A program made the translations under genes and the position numbers. DNA of 64,000 nt, taken from the IMG/VR virus record IMGVR_UViG_3300032254_000001, positions 224,001 to 288,000 of that record. One strand, written 5' to 3'. The stretch is from a virus (Duplodnaviria; Caudoviricetes). The notes under the pieces were generated by a model that did no database searches, was not told where the DNA came from, and saw only the letters and a program-made list of their open reading frames with translations. How positions within the stretch are numbered: position 1 is the first letter of the stretch; the number at the start of each line of letters is the position of its first letter. Shown here in pieces: positions 36,144 to 43,312 of this stretch.

Positions 36144-36567
36144 TATTTGGATCCACCTCTTCTTTAGAAATACTTAGTATAGTGTCCATCATGCTCGGAT
36201 ATAATGAACTAATGTCATTATCAAACGTGCTACCCTTAGGCTGTGGAACATGTTTAAGCTTTTCCCAAACTTCTGCCTTTTCCTCTTCGATCTTCTGTAA
36301 TAAAATTTTAGCTTTAACACGGGTACCAAACACAGGACTTTTTGCAGCTTCCTGCAAGTCTGCTATCTCCATGCGGATCCGGTTGTCATGCTCCTCATCA
36401 GTATCAGTAATCATCCTAAGTCTAGCTTTTGCTCGTAGCCTAATGCCCATTGAATCATCCTTACTAAGGATTTTAAGATATTCCGGGCCATTGTTCATTA
36501 GCTCTATCTTCTCAGCTTCAGACATTGCCATTATTCTAATTTGGTCAAACAGATCAACTTCACTCAT
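36112..36567 (-). CDS. WxxL-tagged protein with DNA polymerase B motif-A fragment
   Basis: EVWEKLK; DISSLYPSMM. Confidence 0.75.
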   Translation of the reverse strand: MSEVDLFDQIRIMAMSEAEKIELMNNGPEYLKILSKDDSMGIRLRAKARLRMITDTDEEHDNRIRMEIADLQEAAKSPVFGTRVKAKILLQKIEEEKAEVWEKLKHVPQPKGSTFDNDISSLYPSMMDTILSISKEEVDPNNVTIKILKSR

Positions 36568-36797
36568 TTAAATTTTAATGCAAACAATGTTGCATCCTCT
36601 TCGTTTTCAAAATACCAATATGTTTCTCTAAATTCCACGTCCGCTTTATTTTCTTTATACCTGCGATAATATTGCCCTGATGAATTATGTCCTGTGCACC
36701 ATGATCCTTCCGCAGTATACGATCTAGATGCATGTCTAACTAATGTCACTTTATTCCACGGGTGGCCGTTAACATCGCCTATATCTTTATATTCCAC
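36564..36797 (-). CDS. Small 'W.FE..DA..F.LK' family protein
   Basis: WC..WYFENEEDATLFALKF. Confidence 0.7.
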   Translation of the reverse strand: MEYKDIGDVNGHPWNKVTLVRHASRSYTAEGSWCTGHNSSGQYYRRYKENKADVEFRETYWYFENEEDATLFALKFK

Positions 36798-36805
36798 AGT
36801 ACACC

Positions 36806-37198
36806 TTATTCATCAAACTTCTCATTTTTCAATTTATAAAATGTTTCAACGCTTTCTTCTGTGAACGGAACAAAGGTACTAGCCAATGCATCTTTGCCAG
36901 AAGTAAAATAAAATATCCAACCGCCCGGTACACGTTCAGCACAGGTATCGTCGTGTATATCTAAGCGATCATAATGTGGCATGGTATACAGTTGCCTGCG
37001 ATTCTTAGCATAGACCACTTCCCTTACTGCGGCTTCTTTAGCAGCCTCATCCATTTCTGCCCTGTGTTTCGCCATTATTTTGTCAATGCGATCACGGCGT
37101 TCTAATTCTTCACGTAGGCCTTTTGCCTTAGCTGCGTCTTTAGCTTCTTGCTCTTTCTTTTCTTTTAGTAGCTGCCGGTCTGCTTTACTTTTCCACAT
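36806..37198 (-). CDS. Hypothetical protein
   Basis: Start at MWKSK after GAGGAG; RVPGGWIF C-terminal motif. Confidence 0.65.
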   Translation of the reverse strand: MWKSKADRQLLKEKKEQEAKDAAKAKGLREELERRDRIDKIMAKHRAEMDEAAKEAAVREVVYAKNRRQLYTMPHYDRLDIHDDTCAERVPGGWIFYFTSGKDALASTFVPFTEESVETFYKLKNEKFDE

Positions 37199-37508
37199 CG
37201 TGGTACTCCTCGGGAGGAGCTGCAATTGCTTCTAAGTCGTATACCACTCGTTTAATGTACTGGAACTTTGATTCCGGATCATCGCATAATGCCATCCATG
37301 CTAATTCCTTATTAAACTTGAATTTAAGTGTGTTAGCTACGCCATTGGTATAGCGATTGATACGGCTAAGTTCAGCTTCGTGGTCACGTTTAACCCGAAG
37401 GAACTGCTTTTCGCGGTAGTTAATATGCTGGGCTTGGCCTTTAGCCTTGTCTTCCAGATCCTTTATTTGCTGTTTAAGATCCTTAATTATATCGCGTTTT
37501 GATGCCAT
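37185..37508 (-). CDS. Hypothetical coiled-coil protein; first gene of the tagged operon
   Basis: Directly after the promoter at 37541-37569. Confidence 0.65.
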   Translation of the reverse strand: MASKRDIIKDLKQQIKDLEDKAKGQAQHINYREKQFLRVKRDHEAELSRINRYTNGVANTLKFKFNKELAWMALCDDPESKFQYIKRVVYDLEAIAAPPEEYHDVEK

Positions 37509-37540
37509 AACTACCACTGAGGTTAACGAATTGTGTAGTA

Positions 37541-37569
37541 ATTATAGCAAGTTTTGGAGGGATGGTCAA
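37541..37569 (-). promoter_or_regulatory. Early sigma70 promoter TTGACC-17-TATAAT
   Basis: Heads the coupled operon containing the tagged genes. Confidence 0.8.
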
Positions 37570-37808
37570 TCAGTTTTGGTGTCATCGAGTGTAATGTTAA
37601 CGCTTAAATAGGGGAATTCGGTGTCATCTACGTACTCAACATCGTACGGCTTTTCAATTGTGCAATCGGTACTTAAAAAGGCATCTACTGCCGTCTGTTC
37701 CTCTATGGATAATACCTCATCCTGGAAAAGCCATATATCCATAACCGATTCGAATCCACCGTGCTTAATAAGAAGCAGTGTCATTAGGTGTTCCTGTTCT
37801 GGAGTCAT
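37566..37808 (-). CDS. Small 'L.(L/I)K(Y/H)G' family protein
   Basis: TLLLIKHGGFE..MDIWL; promoter TTGACA-17-TAACAT at 37856-37884. Confidence 0.65.
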   Translation of the reverse strand: MTPEQEHLMTLLLIKHGGFESVMDIWLFQDEVLSIEEQTAVDAFLSTDCTIEKPYDVEYVDDTEFPYLSVNITLDDTKTD

Positions 37809-37880
37809 AAGTCAGACCTTTATGGGCTTCTGTGTTTGACGCTTTACAAGCCGTTATGTTAACACACTATTTTGGTGTTG

Positions 37881-38033
37881 TCAATGGCTGTTCTTTATAT
37901 GCACGTCAAAACCTTCTTTTTCATGCTCGTAATATACAGGAGTATTGTTCAAAATCTTTGCTATTGAATGTGCAAACTCTCTGTCTTCTGTCATTAGTCG
38001 TACGAATGTTGCTTTAAGCTCTTCGTCACTCAT
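37881..38033 (-). CDS. Small hypothetical protein (50 aa)
   Basis: Not in track. MSDEELKATFVRLMTEDREFAHSIAKIL... Confidence 0.5.
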   Translation of the reverse strand: MSDEELKATFVRLMTEDREFAHSIAKILNNTPVYYEHEKEGFDVHIKNSH

Positions 38034-38247
38034 CTTCATTATCTGTATCCTTTGGATTATCGTATAGTTTGTTAAACTCTTTCTTTACATCTAAAACAAG
38101 ATTTGGTAATATTTTTATTGCATGTTCACCTAGTACTTCCTTCTGGGCATCACTGAACTGTTCTTTATCGTACAACCATATACAGAATGCGTTCTCTATA
38201 CTGCCGTACTTCAAAATTAAAAATGTTTTAACATCATCTTCACTCAT
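38026..38247 (-). CDS. Small 'LILKYG' family protein
   Basis: TFLILKYGSIENAFCIWL. Confidence 0.7.
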   Translation of the reverse strand: MSEDDVKTFLILKYGSIENAFCIWLYDKEQFSDAQKEVLGEHAIKILPNLVLDVKKEFNKLYDNPKDTDNEDE

Positions 38248-38447
38248 TTGCGTCTGGTCTCTGCAAAGAATATATTAATAGCATCGTGCAAGTGAGCGGG
38301 CATTTTATCGTGTGTATTGATCCACATATGGAATGCTTTGTCCAAATTGCCGTATTTTAATATTAAATATGATTCTATATTATCCATAGTTATCGGTCCC
38401 GGGTGATACGCTGTTCGCGTTACTAGCGTAACACACTCGTCTACCAA
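38244..38447 (-). CDS. Small 'LILKYG' family protein (true start probably MDNIES)
   Basis: SYLILKYGNLDKAFHMWI. Confidence 0.65.
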   Translation of the reverse strand: MVDECVTLVTRTAYHPGPITMDNIESYLILKYGNLDKAFHMWINTHDKMPAHLHDAINIFFAETRRK

Positions 38448-38465
38448 AAGTCAACCTCAATCTGC

Positions 38466-38678
38466 TCATTTTAAGTCATCTTTTAGTGTAACACTTACTG
38501 GATATTTAATACCATCTTTGGTATGCTCTAATATCATGTGTGCTAGTTCGGATATAGTAGGATCTGGGTCGTTCTTAAATACATCAAGATGCTTACCATA
38601 ACGTACCATTATGAACTTTTCTTCAAACGGTAAGGAGTAGTACTTGATGTGATCAAATACATTTGATTCATTTGCCAT
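38466..38678 (-). CDS. Small hypothetical protein
   Basis: FIMVRYG, weakly like the LILKYG family. Confidence 0.6.
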   Translation of the reverse strand: MANESNVFDHIKYYSLPFEEKFIMVRYGKHLDVFKNDPDPTISELAHMILEHTKDGIKYPVSVTLKDDLK

Positions 38679-38847
38679 TATCTTTATCTCTTTGATCTAA
38701 ATAATCGTTAAGTGCTTTTACTGCTTCCGTTAAGTTGTCCTTATTTCTATCAGTATTGTATTTCTGGATTATATCCAATTTTTGTTCCGTTGTTAGGTAT
38801 TCCTTATTAAGGTTTTCCCATGTTTCTTCTTCAGGTGTTTTAGCCAT
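38668..38847 (-). CDS. Small WxxL-like tagged protein (59 aa)
   Basis: Not in track. MAKTPEEETWENLNKEY...; follows the promoter at 38886-38914. Confidence 0.6.
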   Translation of the reverse strand: MAKTPEEETWENLNKEYLTTEQKLDIIQKYNTDRNKDNLTEAVKALNDYLDQRDKDNGK

Positions 38848-38885
38848 AATTCGTGCTTCTATCTTGAGGGCGCTTTACAGCACTT

Positions 38886-38958
38886 AGTATAACAATTTAA
38901 AATGCGTTTGTCAACCTTATCGTAATATTTGACTTATACCCATTTTGCATGTTACACT
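38886..38958. promoter_or_regulatory. Back-to-back sigma70 promoters
   Basis: Minus: TTGACA-17-TATACT (38914-38886). Plus: TTGACT-18-TACACT (38929-38958). Confidence 0.7.
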
Positions 38959-38962
38959 CATC

Positions 38963-39035
38963 CTACGAAAGCGTAGAGCAGTTACACGCTTTTGGCCCAC
39001 TAGGGCCATCGAGGACGAAGTACTCGAGTAACTGC
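38963..39035 (+). ncRNA. Structured 5' leader (hairpin plus three-way junction)
   Basis: CTACG/CGTAG; GCAGTTAC/GTAACTGC encloses TGGCCC/GGGCCA and TCGAG/CTCGA. Confidence 0.55.
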
Positions 39036-39053
39036 GAAGAATAGGAACTTATT

Positions 39054-39284
39054 ATGAATGTAGTACCCGGAGCATCTATAACAGCTATTAAAGATTCGTA
39101 CTTTATGGTTGAAGCACGTACTCCTTTTGAGCGTGATGGCGAATTATATCCATGGTGTAAGAATCACGATAGCGAAGGATATTTCAATTATGCTAATCGC
39201 TACTCTAGTGGCGGTAACGTCCGACCACAGTTTTGGTTTGAGTTAGAAGCTGATGCTATGTTGTTTAAGTTGAAATTCGCATGA
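39054..39284 (+). CDS. Small 'W.FE..DA..F.LK' family protein
   Basis: WC...FWFELEADAMLFKLKF. Confidence 0.7.
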   Translation: MNVVPGASITAIKDSYFMVEARTPFERDGELYPWCKNHDSEGYFNYANRYSSGGNVRPQFWFELEADAMLFKLKFA

Positions 39285-39628
39285 GACTTATAATAGCTGG
39301 AAGCAGACACTTAACACTTGATGTAGAAGGCATACAGGCCTTTATTAACTATTTAGGTATTACAGATATAACCGAAGTAGTGTGTGGCATGGCGCCTGGT
39401 ATTGATGCTGCTGGAAAATTATGGGCAGAATCTAATAACATTCCAGTTGAGCCGTTTCCTGCAGAGTGGGAGACGTACGGCAAAGCTGCTGGGCATATAC
39501 GCAATAAGCAAATGGCAGACTACGGTGATGAACTACTAGTAATTTGGAACGGTAAGTCTCCGGGTTCTCGTAATATGAAGACCACAATGGAAAAATTGGG
39601 CAAAAAGGTACACGAAGGCACATTCTAA
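39281..39628 (+). CDS. SLOG-superfamily protein (DUF2493/YspA-like)
   Basis: IIAGSR, G.A.G.D, FPA.W..YGKAAG..RN.QM, W.G.S.G motifs. Confidence 0.8.
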   Translation: MRLIIAGSRHLTLDVEGIQAFINYLGITDITEVVCGMAPGIDAAGKLWAESNNIPVEPFPAEWETYGKAAGHIRNKQMADYGDELLVIWNGKSPGSRNMKTTMEKLGKKVHEGTF

Positions 39629-39810
39629 TGACAAACGATTACCCATACAAAGTTAGATTTAAATGGCGTTACGGTGAAATGCTAAAGGATCTTTCTGCAT
39701 GGTGTAATGAGAATTGCACCGGCGAATATCAGTATCAATACACTGCTTCAGTGTTTTGGTTTAAAGAGTCTAAGGATGCAATGATGTTTAAACTGGCTAA
39801 CAACTTATGA
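39628..39810 (+). CDS. Small 'W.F...DA..F.L' family protein
   Basis: WC...FWFKESKDAMMFKL. Confidence 0.65.
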   Translation: MTNDYPYKVRFKWRYGEMLKDLSAWCNENCTGEYQYQYTASVFWFKESKDAMMFKLANNL

Positions 39811-39992
39811 TACTAAGCATTCCAATCAAAGATTACTGCATTGGTTGTCGTATGAAGTCTGTCAGACCGCAGTTTAAACCTAGGCAAGACGACTTCAATT
39901 ATCTGTACTTTAGTATTAACGATGTTGTGTACTTTGAATGGAGTAAGGAATTTGAGCAAGCTTTACTATGGGAGGCACTGCAACGTGATTGA
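39807..39992 (+). CDS. Small hypothetical protein
   Basis: FEWSKEFEQALLWEAL; paralogue of the next gene. Confidence 0.6.
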   Translation: MILSIPIKDYCIGCRMKSVRPQFKPRQDDFNYLYFSINDVVYFEWSKEFEQALLWEALQRD

Positions 39993-40167
39993 ATACCAGC
40001 GACTAGACTATCCGTGGGAATGGTACGTACTTACTGAGAGGGATTTTATCTGTCGCCCTGATGACTTTAGGCGAATTATATTTAGAGTTGATGGTGCAGA
40101 ATTTATCGAGTGGAATGCAGAATTTGAACATGCTCTTTTAATAGAAAGGCTTAGCCGGTCTGCTTGA
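39922..40167 (+). CDS. Small hypothetical protein (true start likely GTG ~39985)
   Basis: IEWNAEFEHALLIERL. Confidence 0.55.
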   Translation: MLCTLNGVRNLSKLYYGRHCNVIEYQRLDYPWEWYVLTERDFICRPDDFRRIIFRVDGAEFIEWNAEFEHALLIERLSRSA

Positions 40168-40192
40168 CAAACTAAAATTTACATGTTATGCT
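40164..40192 (+). promoter_or_regulatory. Sigma70 promoter TTGACA-17-TATGCT with no downstream ORF
   Basis: Points into an ~80-nt noncoding stretch that ends at a terminator. Confidence 0.6.
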
Positions 40193-40279
40193 TAGTTCTG
40201 TCCAAGCAAGCGAGGTCAGTCGAACACGTTCGAGTCACCCGCAACAACAGAACCTACTTATCATGGATTACAACTCAAA

Positions 40280-40307
40280 AAAAAGCACTCTGTAAAGAGT
40301 GCTTTTT
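40280..40307. terminator. Bidirectional intrinsic terminator after gp23
   Basis: AAAAAGCACTCT-gtaa-AGAGTGCTTTTT. Confidence 0.85.
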
Positions 40308-40346
40308 AATTTTACTTCAAACTATCTAAGATAGTACAGTAACAAC

Positions 40347-41537
40347 TTAGCTAAAGCTTAAATTGCTGACTGCGACTTCCCCTAAATAATCTCCAGCATT
40401 ACCGAAAGATGATGCAGTATTCGTAAGCTCAATATAACCATAACGTGTCATAAAGCTTACAACTGGCTCAAATGTACTTGGATCAAGTACAACACCTGAA
40501 CTCATTAAAGGAACGTATGGGCAGTAGAACGCTGGTGCGTCTGCTTCGCTTGAACCTTTATAACCAACAAGTACTGGAGTAGTGTCGTTAGCATAGCTAT
40601 CAACGTAAACTTTCATTGCTGAGTTAAGAGTACCAACAAACTTAGTGTTTGTAGGAGCTTCAAATGTACCTTCAGTGGTACGTGCAAATGCAGAGGTAGT
40701 AGCTGACTGTAGTACAGTTAAAGAAGCTGGTGAAACAACTGCATAGTTACCAGCGCCACGACGTGTACGTGTAGCGATAAGGTTAGCTGTACGGTTGATA
40801 AGAACTGCTAATGCAGCATGTTCATCACCTACGAATGTAGCAGTACCTGAAACAAGTGACTGATCGTATGTGAATTCTGTGCTTGCTAATGAACGTAAAG
40901 ATAAAAGAATCTCTTGGTCAATTTCAGCAGTAATTTCTTGTGCTAAAGCAGCCATGATTTCAGCTTCAACATCAATGCCGTGCATTGACTGAGCATCTTG
41001 AGCAGCTTCAAAAGTCCAACGTGCTTGTAACTTACGTGTCTTAGCTTCAACAGCTTGCTTTAAGATCTGAACGGAAATGTTACGACCGCCTTCGCCTTCT
41101 AAGTTTGCTGTCTGTGCTGCACGGTAGTCAGCTTGTGTAGCGCCAACACCAGCTGAGTATGCTTGCGCAATCTTGAATGGTGATAGTGCTTCTTCGCCTG
41201 CTGCTGTACTAGTACTAGCTGCACTTGAATCAGTCATAGTAGAACCGTAACGTACACGAAGTGTATGAATCTGGCTTACAGGACCTGACATTGGCTGTAC
41301 ACCTACAAGTTCATTTGCAATGACTGTAGGCATAACACGTCGAATAACTGGTAAAATAACACGGTTTAATGTTGCAACGTTACCAGCGGCAGTAGCGCCA
41401 CTTGATGCAGATTCTGCTAAGTGGTTACGAGTGTTTTCCAAAATTACGCTCATTGTAGAACGTTTGGTACCGTCTAGACCTTCAAGCAATGCTTCTTTGG
41501 TCTCACCCCAACGGTTTTCTAATAGTGCTTGTGACAT
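40347..41537 (-). CDS. gp23: Major capsid protein
   Basis: IRR..P..IA..LVGVQPM, KTRKL.ARWT.E.AQD, EIDQEI, FYCPYVPL, MTRYG motifs. Confidence 0.98.
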   Translation of the reverse strand: MSQALLENRWGETKEALLEGLDGTKRSTMSVILENTRNHLAESASSGATAAGNVATLNRVILPVIRRVMPTVIANELVGVQPMSGPVSQIHTLRVRYGSTMTDSSAASTSTAAGEEALSPFKIAQAYSAGVGATQADYRAAQTANLEGEGGRNISVQILKQAVEAKTRKLQARWTFEAAQDAQSMHGIDVEAEIMAALAQEITAEIDQEILLSLRSLASTEFTYDQSLVSGTATFVGDEHAALAVLINRTANLIATRTRRGAGNYAVVSPASLTVLQSATTSAFARTTEGTFEAPTNTKFVGTLNSAMKVYVDSYANDTTPVLVGYKGSSEADAPAFYCPYVPLMSSGVVLDPSTFEPVVSFMTRYGYIELTNTASSFGNAGDYLGEVAVSNLSFS

Positions 41538-41558
41538 TATAATCTCCTATTTAACACT

Positions 41559-42659
41559 TTATTTTAAGCCAGCTAAAGTTTTAATATCAACGATATTGCT
41601 ATCATCGTTAGTATTTACTTTAGCTGTTTTATCACCAGTTACTTCTTTACGGCTTTCTGTTACTACGCGCTTCTTAGAAGGTGTAGCGTCATTGGCTTTA
41701 TTAGCAAGTACCGCTGGCAGATATTTCTCGAAAGCATTCGATAATCGACTTGTTTGAACGCTTTCTAATAAGTTTTGCATGATCTCACGCTTATCTTCGT
41801 TTAAAGGTGCTAACAAATCTGTCATAGCCTCATCACGTTGATTGCCTTCTTTTATCATACGAATTTCTTTGTTTTTACTTTCTGTAAGTGCTTCTAACTT
41901 AGTTGCTTTAGTAGCAGACTCTTTCAACTCTGTTTCCTTAGCTTCTAAACTATCTTTCAACTTACGGATTTCTGCATTTTCGTTTAAGTGTGTTGATGTA
42001 AACTCACTTGAAAAAGCTTCGAAAATACGTCGACCAAAGCTGTTCTCGCGAGCAGATTTGATGTCTTCTTGTAATGTTGTTAACTCTGTTGATAGTGTTG
42101 ACTTAACATGGTTCTGGACTTTAGCAGCACTTTCTTTAACGAAACGTGTTTTAAGTGCTTCTAGTTGTGTACGTGCTTCTGCAACAAGCTTAACCTTCGT
42201 TTCAACGACGTCTTGCTTATCTTTTGCAAATTCACGAACTTCTTTTGCTAACTGTTTAGCAACAAAAGATTCAACTGCTTCTAATCCTTCACTTTGGATT
42301 TGGCGGTCCTTACGTAGTTCTTTAATTTCTTCAGCTAACTTAGCAGTCATGAAATTATTAAACTTAGCACCGTTTTCAGCCATCTTCTTATTGAACTTAA
42401 CTCGATCTTCTGCTAATGCAGCTTTCTCTTCCTTAAATTCACTAATTTCAGACTGTAAACCTTCAGTAACCATTTTATCAAGAGCTTCGACCATTACTTT
42501 CTTGTCGTGATCGTAACGTTGTGCGAATTCCTCACGTAACTCAGTACGCAATTCTTCACGTGCTTCGTTTAACTTTGAATCCCAGGCTTCCATAATCTCT
42601 GAGCTGGTATCTTCGTTAATCACGTTACTGTCAAGCAATTGTTTGATTGCATCTAGCAT
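41559..42659 (-). CDS. gp22: Prohead core scaffold protein
   Basis: Acidic coiled coil between protease and capsid; FGR.IFEAF. Confidence 0.85.
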   Translation of the reverse strand: MLDAIKQLLDSNVINEDTSSEIMEAWDSKLNEAREELRTELREEFAQRYDHDKKVMVEALDKMVTEGLQSEISEFKEEKAALAEDRVKFNKKMAENGAKFNNFMTAKLAEEIKELRKDRQIQSEGLEAVESFVAKQLAKEVREFAKDKQDVVETKVKLVAEARTQLEALKTRFVKESAAKVQNHVKSTLSTELTTLQEDIKSARENSFGRRIFEAFSSEFTSTHLNENAEIRKLKDSLEAKETELKESATKATKLEALTESKNKEIRMIKEGNQRDEAMTDLLAPLNEDKREIMQNLLESVQTSRLSNAFEKYLPAVLANKANDATPSKKRVVTESRKEVTGDKTAKVNTNDDSNIVDIKTLAGLK

Positions 42660-42670
42660 TTTGTGGTCTC

Positions 42671-43303
42671 CTAAATTTTAAGATCTTTGATTAGGGCAAT
42701 TACGCCTTCTTTCAAATATCTTTGTACACGTTTGTTCTCGCTAGCTTCTTCTGCAATACCTAACAACTTCAATCCGCCTTTCATATTCATGATGCCTTCA
42801 TATATAGCTGTTGGGTACGCTTCAGGCGCACTAGGTTGAGCAACGATATCGACTGTGATTATCTCAAAGTCTGATACGTGTCCTGTAGCTTCGTTAACAT
42901 TACCGCTTCCTCTAGATGAAACGCCTAGCTTAACGCCTGCGCCTAACATCGTTTCAATGACTTTACCCATTGGAGTTGGAAGTATTTTTAACTTGCCATA
43001 ACCGTTAGCGCCTTCCATCCACATTTCTGTGATCATGTGCGACACGCGGTCTAAATTTATTTTTAAATCATCTGGGTGATCTATTTCGCCTAAAACGGAA
43101 TAGCCACCTGTGATTTGTTCGTTAAGTGTGCTAACGGCTGTGTTAATTTCTCTCACTGGATATATACGCTGATTAGCATTTCTCTGATCACCTTGGATGC
43201 AGATGCCTTTCATGTATAAATCTTTTCCGCCTTTACCGTCAGCAGCTTCTTCAAGCTGGACTTTAGCTGCGTCAAAGTTTAAATATTCTTGTAAGATACT
43301 CAT
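42671..43303 (-). CDS. gp21: Prohead core protease
   Basis: N.N.RIYP, GE.DHP, LGVSSRG.G, TVDIVAQPSAP.A motifs. Confidence 0.95.
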   Translation of the reverse strand: MSILQEYLNFDAAKVQLEEAADGKGGKDLYMKGICIQGDQRNANQRIYPVREINTAVSTLNEQITGGYSVLGEIDHPDDLKINLDRVSHMITEMWMEGANGYGKLKILPTPMGKVIETMLGAGVKLGVSSRGSGNVNEATGHVSDFEIITVDIVAQPSAPEAYPTAIYEGIMNMKGGLKLLGIAEEASENKRVQRYLKEGVIALIKDLKI

Positions 43304-43312
43304 AATCTAACC

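Larger units (their letters stand above)
35385..36267 (-). repeat. Dispersed DNA repeats encoding WEKL tags
   Basis: 35385-35418 vs 36234-36267 match at 32/34; 35842-35860 vs 36090-36108 match at 18/19. Confidence 0.85.

Noticed and set aside
40205-40245. tRNA gene (GTTCGAGTC T-loop)
   Set aside because: No T-stem pairing, acceptor stem, D-arm or anticodon arm can be drawn.
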